From assembly GCA_965261005.1 (NCBI GenBank), contig OZ253376.1:32001-96000 (forward strand): DNA of 64,000 nt, read 5' to 3'. This DNA is from Deinococcus sp. (GTDB lineage Bacteria > Deinococcota > Deinococci > Deinococcales > Deinococcaceae). Positions 50,355-59,376 of the stretch are shown piece by piece. Made by a program: the position numbers and the translations under genes. Numbering within the stretch: position 1 is the stretch's first letter; every line of letters starts with the position of its first letter. The notes beneath the pieces were generated by a model. The model did no database searches. It saw only the letters and a program-made list of their open reading frames with translations, and was not told the origin of the DNA.

Positions 50355-51280
50355 TGCGCAGATACATCTGCGCTATCGCGCTCGCCGCGTCGGGCGGGGC
50401 GGGGGCGCACGGCCTGGGCACGCCGGGGAGCGCCAGCTTGTGGCTGCCCCTGAGCCTCGCGGCGGTCGGGCTGCTGTACGCCTGGGGCCTGTACGCGCTG
50501 TGGCGTCGGGCCGGGGTCGGGCGCGGCGTGCCGGTTTGGCGGGCGCTGGCCTACTTCGCGGGCGTGGAGGTGCTGACGTTCGCCCTGACCGTTCTCGATG
50601 GCCGCGCCGACACCTTCTTCGCGTGGCACATGGTCCAGCACCTGCTGCTGATCACGGTCGCGGCGCCCCTCCTGGTCCTGGGTACGCCGCTGTACGTGCT
50701 GGCCTGGGTCCTGCCGCTGGCGTGGCGGCGCCGGGCAGCCCGCGCTTGGCACCGGGCGCCCGTTCTGCGCTCGCTGTGGGCCTGGCTCGGCCATCCCGTG
50801 ACGGTGTGGCTGCTGGCGACGGTCGTGTTTTGGGCTTGGCACGTGCCCCCCTTCTACGAGGCCGCCGTGCGCGACGACCGCTTGCACGCCCTGGAACACC
50901 TCAGCTTTGTGGTGACGGCCGCGCTGTTCTGGTGGGTGGCGCTGCAACCGCAGGGGCGGCGCAGCTTGTCGCTGGGGGTGGGCGTGGTGTACCTGTTCGT
51001 GACCGCGCTGCAAGGCAGCTTGCTGGGCGCGCTGCTGGTCTTTGCCCGCGCGCCGCTGTACGCGGGCTACGCCGGGCGGGCGCTCGCGGGGGGCCGCGAT
51101 CCCCTGACGGACCAGCAGCTGGCGGGCCTGGTGATGTGGATCCCGTCGGGCGTGGTCTACCTCAGCCTGGCCGCCGTCTTTTTCGTGCGCTGGCTGCGCG
51201 ACGAGGAGCAGGGGCAGCGGGCGCGCGAAGGGCGCGACCAAACGACTCAAGCAGGGACAACTCGGGGAGGTGCAGCGTGA
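50354..51280 (+). CDS. ctaG: Cytochrome caa3 oxidase assembly factor (Caa3_CtaG)
   Basis: HMVQHLLL..VAAPLLVLG, WHVP, HALEH, DQQLAGLVMW. Confidence 0.9.
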   Translation: MRRYICAIALAASGGAGAHGLGTPGSASLWLPLSLAAVGLLYAWGLYALWRRAGVGRGVPVWRALAYFAGVEVLTFALTVLDGRADTFFAWHMVQHLLLITVAAPLLVLGTPLYVLAWVLPLAWRRRAARAWHRAPVLRSLWAWLGHPVTVWLLATVVFWAWHVPPFYEAAVRDDRLHALEHLSFVVTAALFWWVALQPQGRRSLSLGVGVVYLFVTALQGSLLGALLVFARAPLYAGYAGRALAGGRDPLTDQQLAGLVMWIPSGVVYLSLAAVFFVRWLRDEEQGQRAREGRDQTTQAGTTRGGAA

Positions 51281-51924
51281 ACCGTCTTTTGCCGTGGCTG
51301 TTGTCCGCCGTCTTCGGGGCGCTGTGGTGGTGCGGGCGCCGCGCGAAAAGGGCCAAAACGGTGGTGCTCGTTCCCCGGCGCGAACGGCGCCGTGAGCCGG
51401 CCCACACCCCTCAGCGGCGCTTTCCGAACGAGGACCCCGGCCTGCGAATCGCGGAGGCTGAGCCGGGGTCGGCGCACCTCGGCGCCCGGCGGCGCTGGAT
51501 GTGGGCCGGCGCGGGCATCGTCGCCCTCGGCCTCACGACGCTGGTGCTGTCCGCCGCCTACAACCGCATTCCCGTCACGCCCGACCCGAACGCGCAGACC
51601 GGCATTCCCGCCGACGGCCCCTCCACCTGGACGGCCCTGGCCGGCGCCGACCCCGCGCGGGCGCCCGCGCTGTTCCGCTCTTACGGCTGCGTCGGCTGCC
51701 ACGTGATTCCGGGCATTCCCGGCGCCTACGGCCACGTCGGGCCGAACCTGAACCACCTCTTCGACCACGCCCTGATCGCGGGCGTGCTGGAGAACACCCC
51801 GGAGAATTTGGTCCACTGGATTCGCGTGCCGCAACAGGTGGACCCCCGTACCGGCATGCCCAACCTCGGCGTGAAAGAGCAGGACGGCCTCGACATGGCC
51901 ACCTACCTGCAAACGTTCAAGTGA
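51277..51924 (+). CDS. Membrane-anchored c-type cytochrome
   Basis: GGAGG RBS and GTGA overlap; TM helix; YGCVGCHVIPG, VGPNL, TGMP. Confidence 0.85.
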   Translation: MNRLLPWLLSAVFGALWWCGRRAKRAKTVVLVPRRERRREPAHTPQRRFPNEDPGLRIAEAEPGSAHLGARRRWMWAGAGIVALGLTTLVLSAAYNRIPVTPDPNAQTGIPADGPSTWTALAGADPARAPALFRSYGCVGCHVIPGIPGAYGHVGPNLNHLFDHALIAGVLENTPENLVHWIRVPQQVDPRTGMPNLGVKEQDGLDMATYLQTFK

Positions 51925-51946
51925 GCAAGCGCTCAAGTGAGGTCCT

Positions 51947-52861
51947 ATGAAGCTCAATGAAAGAACGTCCCCCGAGGGACGCCGCGACTTTCTCAAGTCC
52001 GCCGGGCTGCTGACGCTGTTCCTGACGGCCTGCCGCCCCAACCCTGGCAGCAGCGCCGAGCAACTGCCGTACAACATCGGCCCCGAAAACCCCAACACGC
52101 CCTTGCCTATCAAGGACACCCCCACGCCCTTTCCGCCGGCCGAGGCGCCCGACTCGTTTCAGGTGTTCACGCCGCACGAGGCCGCGACCGTCGAGGCCGC
52201 CGTCGCGCGCATCTTTCCGGGGGACGCGCAGGACCCCGGCGCCCGCGAGGCGGGCGTCGTGTACTACATCGACCACATGCTCAGCTACCAAGAGGGCTTC
52301 AACGAGCCGACCTACCGCCAAGCGCCCTACGCCCAGACCTACACCGGCCAAAAGCCGGCGGAGCGCAAGGGGGTGGTCTGGATTGCCGCCGACCAGATGT
52401 ACCGCTACGGCTACCAAAACGTCCTGACCCCGCGCGAGGTCTACCGCAGCGGCGTGGCGGGCCTCGACCGGCTCGCCAACGCGCGCTTCGGGGGGGACTT
52501 CGTGGACCTGGCGGAGGGGCAGCAGGACACCCTGATCGGCCTGATGGCCGACGGCCAGGCCGGCAACTTCGACCGGAACCTGAGCGCCGAGAGCTTTTTT
52601 CACAACCTGCGCCGCCACACCTCCGAGGGCATGTTCAGCGACCCCATCTACGGCGGCAACCGCGGCATGGTGGGCTGGAAGCTGGTGGGGCACCCTGGCT
52701 CGCAGCGCGCCTACACGCCCGCGCAGTACCAGACCGAGGGCGAGGGGCTGCGGCGCCCACCGCAAACCTTCGAACAGTTGCACGCCTTTAACCCCGGCCA
52801 GCCCGCCAACGACCAGGTGACCTTGCCGGTCAGCGGCGCGGACTTGCAGCACAAGCGCTGA
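51947..52861 (+). CDS. Gluconate 2-dehydrogenase subunit 3 family, Tat lipoprotein
   Basis: RRDFLK twin-arginine signal with LTAC lipobox; PGAREAGVVYYID and EGMFSDPIYGGN. Confidence 0.88.
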   Translation: MKLNERTSPEGRRDFLKSAGLLTLFLTACRPNPGSSAEQLPYNIGPENPNTPLPIKDTPTPFPPAEAPDSFQVFTPHEAATVEAAVARIFPGDAQDPGAREAGVVYYIDHMLSYQEGFNEPTYRQAPYAQTYTGQKPAERKGVVWIAADQMYRYGYQNVLTPREVYRSGVAGLDRLANARFGGDFVDLAEGQQDTLIGLMADGQAGNFDRNLSAESFFHNLRRHTSEGMFSDPIYGGNRGMVGWKLVGHPGSQRAYTPAQYQTEGEGLRRPPQTFEQLHAFNPGQPANDQVTLPVSGADLQHKR

Positions 52862-52875
52862 GGGAAGGAACCCAC

Positions 52876-54735
52876 ATGCCAAAAGTCCACAAAAAGGTAG
52901 ACGTCGTGACCGTCGGGGCGGGCTGGACCTCGGCCATCATGGGCTGGAAGCTGGGCGCGGCCGGCAAGCAGGTGGTCGCCATCGAGATCGGCGAGGCGCG
53001 CTGGGCCAACCCCGACTTCGCCCACAACCACGATCCGCTGCGCCACGAGGTCCGCAAGGCGCTGATGTACGACATCAGCAAGGAGACCTGGACCTGGCGG
53101 CCGAACGCGGGGGCGCCGTCCCTGCCGATTCGGCAGTACGGCTCGTTTCACCCGGGGCGCGGCATCGGCGGCGCCAGCGTGCACTGGACCTCGCAGTTCT
53201 GGCGCTTTTTGCCGGCCGACTTTCAGCACCGCAGCCACAATATTCAGCGCTACGGCAAAAACAAGATTCCCGCCGACATGACCGTTCAGGACTGGCCGAT
53301 CACCTACGACCAGCTGGAGCCGTACTACGACAAGGTGGATTACGACATCGGCGCGGCGGGGGCGGCCGGCAACCTGGGCGGGCAAATTCTGCCGGGGGGG
53401 AATCCCTACGAGGCGCCCAGGTCGCGCCCCTACCCCCTGCCGCCGCACCCCACCACCATTCACGGCCAGCTCTTCGCGGGCGCTTGCCGCGAGCTGGGCT
53501 ACCACCCCTTTCCCATGCCGGCCGGCATCCTGTCACAGGCGTACCGGGGCGCCGAGGGCCGGGTGCGGTCGGGCTGCCTGTACTGCGGCTACTGCACCAG
53601 GTACGGCTGCGAGGTGGACGCCAAGACCAGCGCCGTGACCACCCACATTCCGCTGGCTCTCCAGACCGGCAACTACCGGGTGCGAACCTACTGCAAGGTG
53701 CGGCGCATCGACATGGGGCCGGACGGCCTCGCGACCGGCGTGACCTACGTGGACACCCTGACGGGAGAGGAACACGTCCAGCCCGCCGACCTGGTGCTGG
53801 TGACGGGCTACACCCTGACCAACGTGCGCCTGCTGCTGCTCTCGAAGAGCGCCACCCACAAAAACGGGGTCGGCAACAACCGGGGGATGGTCGGCAAGAA
53901 CTACACCTATCAGGTGAACGTGTCCCCCGCCACGGCCATCTTCGAGGGGCGGCGCTTCAACCAGTTCGCGGCCAACGGCGTCGTGCAGAGCGTGATCTAC
54001 GACTTCAACGGGGACAACTTCGATCACGGGGGCGTGAACTTCATCGGCGGCTCCTCGATTTTCGCGGGGTCGGGGCAAAGGGACCCGCTGACCTCGGCCA
54101 CCAGCATGCCCTCCCTTCAGGCGGGCACGTCAGGGGCGCCAAAAAGCAGCGGCCCCCCGGAGGACGGCCAGATTCCCACGACCGCCGACGTGGGCAGCCT
54201 GGCGGGCCGGGGCAAGGAGTGGGGCCAAAGCTGGAAGGAGAACCTGCGCCGCAATTGGGACGGCGTGGTGGGCCTGGCGCTGATGGGCGAGGTGCAGGCC
54301 TACACCCACAATTTCCTCGACCTCGACCCCGGCTACACCGACGCGCTGGGCGACCCGCTGCTGCGCCTCACCTACGACTTCTACGACAACGAGAAGAACC
54401 TGTTCCGCTTCGTGGCGGACAAGGCCGCCGGGATCGTGCGCCAGATGAACCCCACCCGCTTCACCACCAAGTCCGAACTCGGCAGCTACAACGTCCACAG
54501 CTACCAGCAGACCCACTGCACCGGCGGCGCCATTATGGGCACCGACCCCGGCAACAGCGTGACCAACCGGTACGGGCAGGTCTGGGACGCGCCCAACGTC
54601 TTCGTGACCGGGGCGGCGCTCTACCCGCAGAACCCCGGCGCCAACCCGACCAGCACGCTGCTGGCCCTCACCTACCTGGCGGGGGACGCCATCCGGGACA
54701 AGTACTTCAGGAATCCCGGGGAGCTGCTGACGTGA
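52876..54735 (+). CDS. GMC oxidoreductase, gluconate 2-dehydrogenase flavoprotein-like
   Basis: VGAGWT, GIGGASVHW, DWPITYDQLEPYY, CLYCGYCTRYGC, YQQTHCTGGAIMG, NPGANPT. Confidence 0.9.
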   Translation: MPKVHKKVDVVTVGAGWTSAIMGWKLGAAGKQVVAIEIGEARWANPDFAHNHDPLRHEVRKALMYDISKETWTWRPNAGAPSLPIRQYGSFHPGRGIGGASVHWTSQFWRFLPADFQHRSHNIQRYGKNKIPADMTVQDWPITYDQLEPYYDKVDYDIGAAGAAGNLGGQILPGGNPYEAPRSRPYPLPPHPTTIHGQLFAGACRELGYHPFPMPAGILSQAYRGAEGRVRSGCLYCGYCTRYGCEVDAKTSAVTTHIPLALQTGNYRVRTYCKVRRIDMGPDGLATGVTYVDTLTGEEHVQPADLVLVTGYTLTNVRLLLLSKSATHKNGVGNNRGMVGKNYTYQVNVSPATAIFEGRRFNQFAANGVVQSVIYDFNGDNFDHGGVNFIGGSSIFAGSGQRDPLTSATSMPSLQAGTSGAPKSSGPPEDGQIPTTADVGSLAGRGKEWGQSWKENLRRNWDGVVGLALMGEVQAYTHNFLDLDPGYTDALGDPLLRLTYDFYDNEKNLFRFVADKAAGIVRQMNPTRFTTKSELGSYNVHSYQQTHCTGGAIMGTDPGNSVTNRYGQVWDAPNVFVTGAALYPQNPGANPTSTLLALTYLAGDAIRDKYFRNPGELLT

Positions 54736-55247
54736 GGGGGGTCCTCTTGGGCGTGGCAACAATCACGCTGGTCGCCTGCGGCAACTACACGGCCCGCAAC
54801 GCCTTTTCCATCGATCTGACCGACACCGGCCTGTTCGCGCCCGCCACCCTACGCGCGCCCCTGGGCGCCAGCGTCACCTTTCGCAACGCGGGCACCCAGC
54901 CGCGCGAGGTGTACTACCAAGCGGGGGACGTGCGCAGCCAGCAGAGCCGGCCGAAGGGGGCGCCCAACCTCACGCCGAACAGCGCCGCGCCCGCGAACGC
55001 CCCCGCGTGGCGCTCGGGCGCCATCTACCCCGGCGAGGCGTGGACGCACACCTTTGCTAAGCCGGGCGCCTACCTGTTCGAGAGTCCCTACGCGGCGGGC
55101 TTCACGGACAGCCCCAATACACAGGTGCCGGCGGGCGTCATCACGGTCGAGACCGTGCGCGCCGGCGAGAAGGGCGACACCGCCAGCGACCCCAGCACCA
55201 ACCCACCTTATCCCACCCCCGCCGCGCCGCCGGGCGGGAACGACTGA
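54732..55247 (+). CDS. Cupredoxin-fold lipoprotein lacking the type-1 copper ligands
   Basis: GTGA overlap; lipobox LVAC; FAPATL...GASVTFRN...SGAIYPGEAWTHTFAKPGAYLF...GVITV plastocyanin-like pattern. Confidence 0.7.
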   Translation: MRGVLLGVATITLVACGNYTARNAFSIDLTDTGLFAPATLRAPLGASVTFRNAGTQPREVYYQAGDVRSQQSRPKGAPNLTPNSAAPANAPAWRSGAIYPGEAWTHTFAKPGAYLFESPYAAGFTDSPNTQVPAGVITVETVRAGEKGDTASDPSTNPPYPTPAAPPGGND

Positions 55248-55340
55248 TACGGATTCTGCGGGCTAAAGCAACATCGTGGCGGTCGGTAAGCCGAGCCTTG
55301 GTGTTTTTGCCGATGTTGAGGAAGTAAGCGGAATCCGTAT
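55247..55340. mobile_element. Short MITE/SNR-like element, copy 2
   Basis: ATACGGATTCTGC...GCGGAATCCGTAT TIR (1 mismatch); nested CAACATCG/CGATGTTG inverted repeat; overlaps the upstream TGA. Confidence 0.65.
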
Positions 55341-55408
55341 TACCCCGTGGAACGGTAAACGGAACTTGAGAAAGTAGGCTCCTCCAGTGTGAACGTCGGC
55401 AGCGTCGG

Positions 55409-56719
55409 GTGAACTGGGAGCATGTCAACGGTCCGGAACGCTCCCGCCACGTCCGCCCGCCGTCCGGGTCCGCCTTGACCGAGTTCAACGTCGCCCTGCT
55501 GATGGTCGGGGCGCTGGTGTTGTTCGTGGGGGCGGCGTCCGAGCGCCTGCGGCGCGCCTCGGTGCTGTCGGAGCCGATCATCGCCCTGCTGGCCGGGGTG
55601 GTCGCCGGGCCGCTGGGCCTGGGTTGGCTGCGCCCGGCGGAATGGGGCGACCCGTTCGAGATCATGGAGGAGGTCGCGCGGGTCACGCTGGCCCTGAGCC
55701 TCGTGAGCGCCGCGCTGCGCCTGCCGCGCGGCTACGTCCGGGCACACTGGCGCCCGCTGGCGGTGCTACTCGGCCTGCTCATGCCGCTGATGTGGCTGGC
55801 GATGGGCGCCCTGAGCGCCTGGCTGCTCGGCTTGCCGCTGCTGGTGGCCGCCCTGGTGGGCGCGGTCGTCACGCCCACCGATCCCGTGATCGCGGGCAGC
55901 ATCGTGACCGGCAGCCTCGCCAAGGAGGCCATTCCCGCCCGCCTGCGTCACCTGCTCTCCGCTGAGTCCGGCGCCAACGACGGCCTGGCGTACCCGCTGG
56001 TCCTGCTGCCGATTCTGCTGCTGACAGAGGCGTGGCCGCAAGCGCTGGAGAGCTGGGCGTGGCGGGTAGTGGTATGGGAGGTGCTGGGGGCGGCGCTGCT
56101 GGGCGGCCTTGTGGGCACCTTGGCCGGGCGGCTGCTGCGCCGGGTGCGCGGCGAGGCGCCGGGGGAGATTCTGCTGACCACGGCCCGCGCGCTGGCCCTG
56201 GTCACCTTGGCGGGCGGCAAGCTGCTGGGCACCGACGGGGTATTCGCGGTGTTCGTGATGGGCGCAGCCCTCAAGGCGACCTGCGGCAAGTTCGGCGAGA
56301 CCCAGGACACCCAAGAAGCCCTCAACCGCTTTTTTGTGCTGCCGGCCTTCGCCCTGCTGGGGTTGATGCTGCCGTGGCAAGGCTGGCTGTCGCTCGGTTG
56401 GGGCGGCGTCCTGTTGGCCGTGGGAGGGCTGCTCCTGCGGCGGCTGCCCTTCGTGCTGGCGCTGCGCCCGCTGATCTCCCCTATCCAGCGCGTCCGGGGC
56501 GCGCTGCTGCTGGGCTGGTTCGGTCCCATCGGGGTGGGCGCCTTGTTCTACGCGACGCTGGCCCAGCGGGAAACCGGAAACAGCCTGCCGTGGACGGTCG
56601 GCACCCTGCTGGTGACGGCCTCGGTCCTGGCGCACGGCCTGAGCGCGACCAGCCTAACCCAGCGCTTTGGCAAAGCGCAGGAACAGGACCGGGGTTCGCA
56701 GCGGGCCGTTCCAGAATGA
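55409..56719 (+). CDS. Cation:proton antiporter (CPA1/NhaP-like)
   Basis: TPTDPV, AESGANDG, RRLP and GWFGPIGV motifs; start uncertain. Confidence 0.88.
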   Translation: MNWEHVNGPERSRHVRPPSGSALTEFNVALLMVGALVLFVGAASERLRRASVLSEPIIALLAGVVAGPLGLGWLRPAEWGDPFEIMEEVARVTLALSLVSAALRLPRGYVRAHWRPLAVLLGLLMPLMWLAMGALSAWLLGLPLLVAALVGAVVTPTDPVIAGSIVTGSLAKEAIPARLRHLLSAESGANDGLAYPLVLLPILLLTEAWPQALESWAWRVVVWEVLGAALLGGLVGTLAGRLLRRVRGEAPGEILLTTARALALVTLAGGKLLGTDGVFAVFVMGAALKATCGKFGETQDTQEALNRFFVLPAFALLGLMLPWQGWLSLGWGGVLLAVGGLLLRRLPFVLALRPLISPIQRVRGALLLGWFGPIGVGALFYATLAQRETGNSLPWTVGTLLVTASVLAHGLSATSLTQRFGKAQEQDRGSQRAVPE

Positions 56720-56779
56720 ATCCGCCGACAGATAAAGGTGGCCGCCAGCCGGTCTTCCGGGGACGGCTTTATGCTGCGC

Positions 56780-58099
56780 TCACGTCGAGGCCACGCCGCC
56801 AAAAGCTTGCGCGAGTACTTCCCGCGCGGCCCGCCGCCCGCTGAGCAGCGCGCCCTCCATGGTGGCGGTGTGCCCGCCCGGCGCGGTGGCCTCGCCCGCG
56901 AAGAAGAGCGTGTCCTGCACGGGGGCGCGCAGCGCGTCGCGCGCCGTGAGCGCGCCGGCGGGCATGTAGCTGTAGGCGCCGCGCGAAAACGGGTCCGCCT
57001 GCCAGTCGTGCAGGTGCCATCCCAGCAGCTGCCTCCTCACCTCACCGCGCGCCACGCCGAGGGCGTCCGCGAAGCTGTTTAGCGCCGCGTCCAGCAGCTC
57101 GGGGTGTGGCAGGCGCGACAGCCGCTCGGCGACCGGGCCGCCCGCCCACGCCACGACCAGGGGCGCGTGGGCCGGCAGGCGCGTCCAGAAGGTCGGCACC
57201 GGCCCGTCCGTCTGGAGGAACTTCAGCTTGAACAAGGTGGCGTCCTGCGCGCCCACGTCCTCCCAAAAGCGGTCGCGGAAGTGCAGGGTGAGCTTCACGA
57301 CCGCGCCCATCGCCAACTGGTCCGCCGCCGCGCGGTGCCGCGGCAGGTCCGGCGCGAAACGCACCGCGCCCTGCCCGCCCCGCGCCTGCCACACCCCGAC
57401 GGGCAGCGTGACGACGGCCGCCGGGGCGGCGAACACCCCGCGTTGCGTCTCGATTTCGACCCGGCCGGGCGACCAGCGCACCTCGCGCGCCACCTGTCCG
57501 AGCTGAACGTGACCGTTGAGCGCGCCCGCGAGGTGAACGGCCAAGCGGTCGTTGCCGTCCAAGGTGTGAAACTGCCCGGCGCCCCCGCCGCCCGGCTCGC
57601 TCGCCTCGACCTCCAGAAACCACGCCAGGCTCACGCGGTCCATTGGCGCGGCGTCGAAGCCCTCCACGTAGCGCCGCACCCCTTCGCGCGTTTCCGCCCA
57701 CGTCTCGCCGGGCACCACCTCGCGCAAAGCCGCGCCGAGGGTGCGGTCCGGGCCGCCACGCGGCAAATGTGGCAGCGCCGCGTCCACGCCCGCGCGAAAG
57801 GTGTCTTGGCGCCGCAGGGCACCTCCGCGCGCCGACCACGCCTCCCCGTCCGCCCCGATCAGGGCGGCGTTCGCCTCGCGCAGCAATTGCCAGCTGAGGC
57901 TCTGCGGCCCCTCGATGAACTCCGCGCCGTACTCGATGGGCGTCGCGCGTTCGTCCAGCCGCGAAAACACCCGGCCGCCCACCCGGTCGCGCGCTTCGAG
58001 TACCCGCACGTCCAGCCCCGCCCGCCGCACGTCGCGCGCGGCCATCAGGCCTGACAGGCCCGCGCCGATCACGATCACGTCCGCCATGTCCCGCGTCAT
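56780..58099 (-). CDS. Flavin monoamine oxidase family protein
   Basis: IGAGLSGL, LEARDRVGGR, GAEFI, WQADPFSRGAYS, FFAGEAT, MEGALLSG. Confidence 0.9.
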   Translation of the reverse strand: MTRDMADVIVIGAGLSGLMAARDVRRAGLDVRVLEARDRVGGRVFSRLDERATPIEYGAEFIEGPQSLSWQLLREANAALIGADGEAWSARGGALRRQDTFRAGVDAALPHLPRGGPDRTLGAALREVVPGETWAETREGVRRYVEGFDAAPMDRVSLAWFLEVEASEPGGGGAGQFHTLDGNDRLAVHLAGALNGHVQLGQVAREVRWSPGRVEIETQRGVFAAPAAVVTLPVGVWQARGGQGAVRFAPDLPRHRAAADQLAMGAVVKLTLHFRDRFWEDVGAQDATLFKLKFLQTDGPVPTFWTRLPAHAPLVVAWAGGPVAERLSRLPHPELLDAALNSFADALGVARGEVRRQLLGWHLHDWQADPFSRGAYSYMPAGALTARDALRAPVQDTLFFAGEATAPGGHTATMEGALLSGRRAAREVLAQAFGGVAST

Positions 58100-58257
58100 G
58101 TTCCGAGGGTACGCAAAGCGGGCGCCGGCTTGATCGCGGGCGCGTCAAGGCGAGTTCATGACGCCGCCCTTCACCCCGGCTCCCCCTGCGCTCACAGAGG
58201 GGGATGACAGTGAAGGCGTTCAACCGGCCCAAGACACCCTCTCGGAAAGGAATTCTC

Positions 58258-59244
58258 ATGACCGACCAAACCCTGCCGACCCAGACCCTACCGACCCAAA
58301 GGCGGGCTGCCGCCCTCGACCACTTCGGCGGCCCCGAGGTCATCACGCCCCGCACCCTGCCCGTGCCCGAGCTGGCCGACGACGAACTGCTGCTGCGGGT
58401 GCAAACGGCGGGGGTGGGCATCTGGGACGTGATGGCGCGTCAGGGCAAGAATTTGCCCGAGGGGGCCGGTTTTCCGCTGGTGCTCGGCACCGACGCGGCG
58501 GGCACGGTGGTCGCCACCGGCAAGGACGTGAGCAACGTGGCGCTTGGGGACGCGGTGTACGTCTACACCTACACGCGGCCCAAGGGCGGCTGCTACGCCG
58601 AATACGTCGTTACCAAGGCGGTGTACGCCGCGCCGCTGCCGCCGAACCTGAGCGCCGAGCAGGCCGGGGCCATGCCCACCGACGCCCTCACGGCGCTGTC
58701 GGGGCTGGACACCTTGGCGCTCAGTGAGGGCGGCACGCTGCTGATCTTCGGGGCGAGCGGCGGCCTCGGCCACCTCGCGCTCCAGCTCGCGAAGCGTCAG
58801 GGCCAAAGGGTGGCGGCGGTGGCCTCCGGCGACGACGGGATGGCGTTGGCCGCGCGCCTGGGCGCCGACTTGTCGCTCAACGGGCACGGCGACAATGACG
58901 AGCTGCTGTCGCAGATTCGGGACTTCGCCCCCGGCGGCGTGGACGGCCTGCTCGCCACGGCCGGGGGGGACGCCCTGAACCACTTGCTGCCGGCGGTGCG
59001 GCGCGGCGGCGTGGTGGCCCACCCTCACGGCGTTCAGCCGCCACAGGCGCCCGAAGGTGTGCAGGTGAGGGCTTACGACGGACAGACCAGCCCCGAGCGG
59101 CTGCGGCGCCTGAACGACCTGATCGCGGCCGGCCCCTTTGAGGTCCACATCGCTCAGCGCTTTGCGCTGGGTCAAGCGGCTCAGGCCCACGAGCGCATGG
59201 AGCAGCACTACCTGGGTAAGCTGACGCTTCGGGTCGCGGACTGA
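58258..59244 (+). CDS. NADP-dependent quinone oxidoreductase (MDR family)
   Basis: FGGPEV, LGTDAAGTV, GCYAEY, IFGASGGLG, GKLTL; AAGGA RBS. Confidence 0.88.
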   Translation: MTDQTLPTQTLPTQRRAAALDHFGGPEVITPRTLPVPELADDELLLRVQTAGVGIWDVMARQGKNLPEGAGFPLVLGTDAAGTVVATGKDVSNVALGDAVYVYTYTRPKGGCYAEYVVTKAVYAAPLPPNLSAEQAGAMPTDALTALSGLDTLALSEGGTLLIFGASGGLGHLALQLAKRQGQRVAAVASGDDGMALAARLGADLSLNGHGDNDELLSQIRDFAPGGVDGLLATAGGDALNHLLPAVRRGGVVAHPHGVQPPQAPEGVQVRAYDGQTSPERLRRLNDLIAAGPFEVHIAQRFALGQAAQAHERMEQHYLGKLTLRVAD

Positions 59245-59269
59245 AGCGCCGGTGGGCCGGTCGACCCAG

Positions 59270-59295
59270 GAAGGGGGACCGGCGCCCCTTCTTTC
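59270..59295 (+). terminator. Possible intrinsic terminator
   Basis: GAAGGGG...CCCCTTC hairpin followed by a short T-run after the MDR stop. Confidence 0.35.
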
Positions 59296-59376
59296 ACGCT
59301 CCCCCCTTTCACCAGTTTCGCCCAAAGAAACTTCGGCACCGCGTGAACTGTCGCGAGTTGATATAAAGGGACGTCC

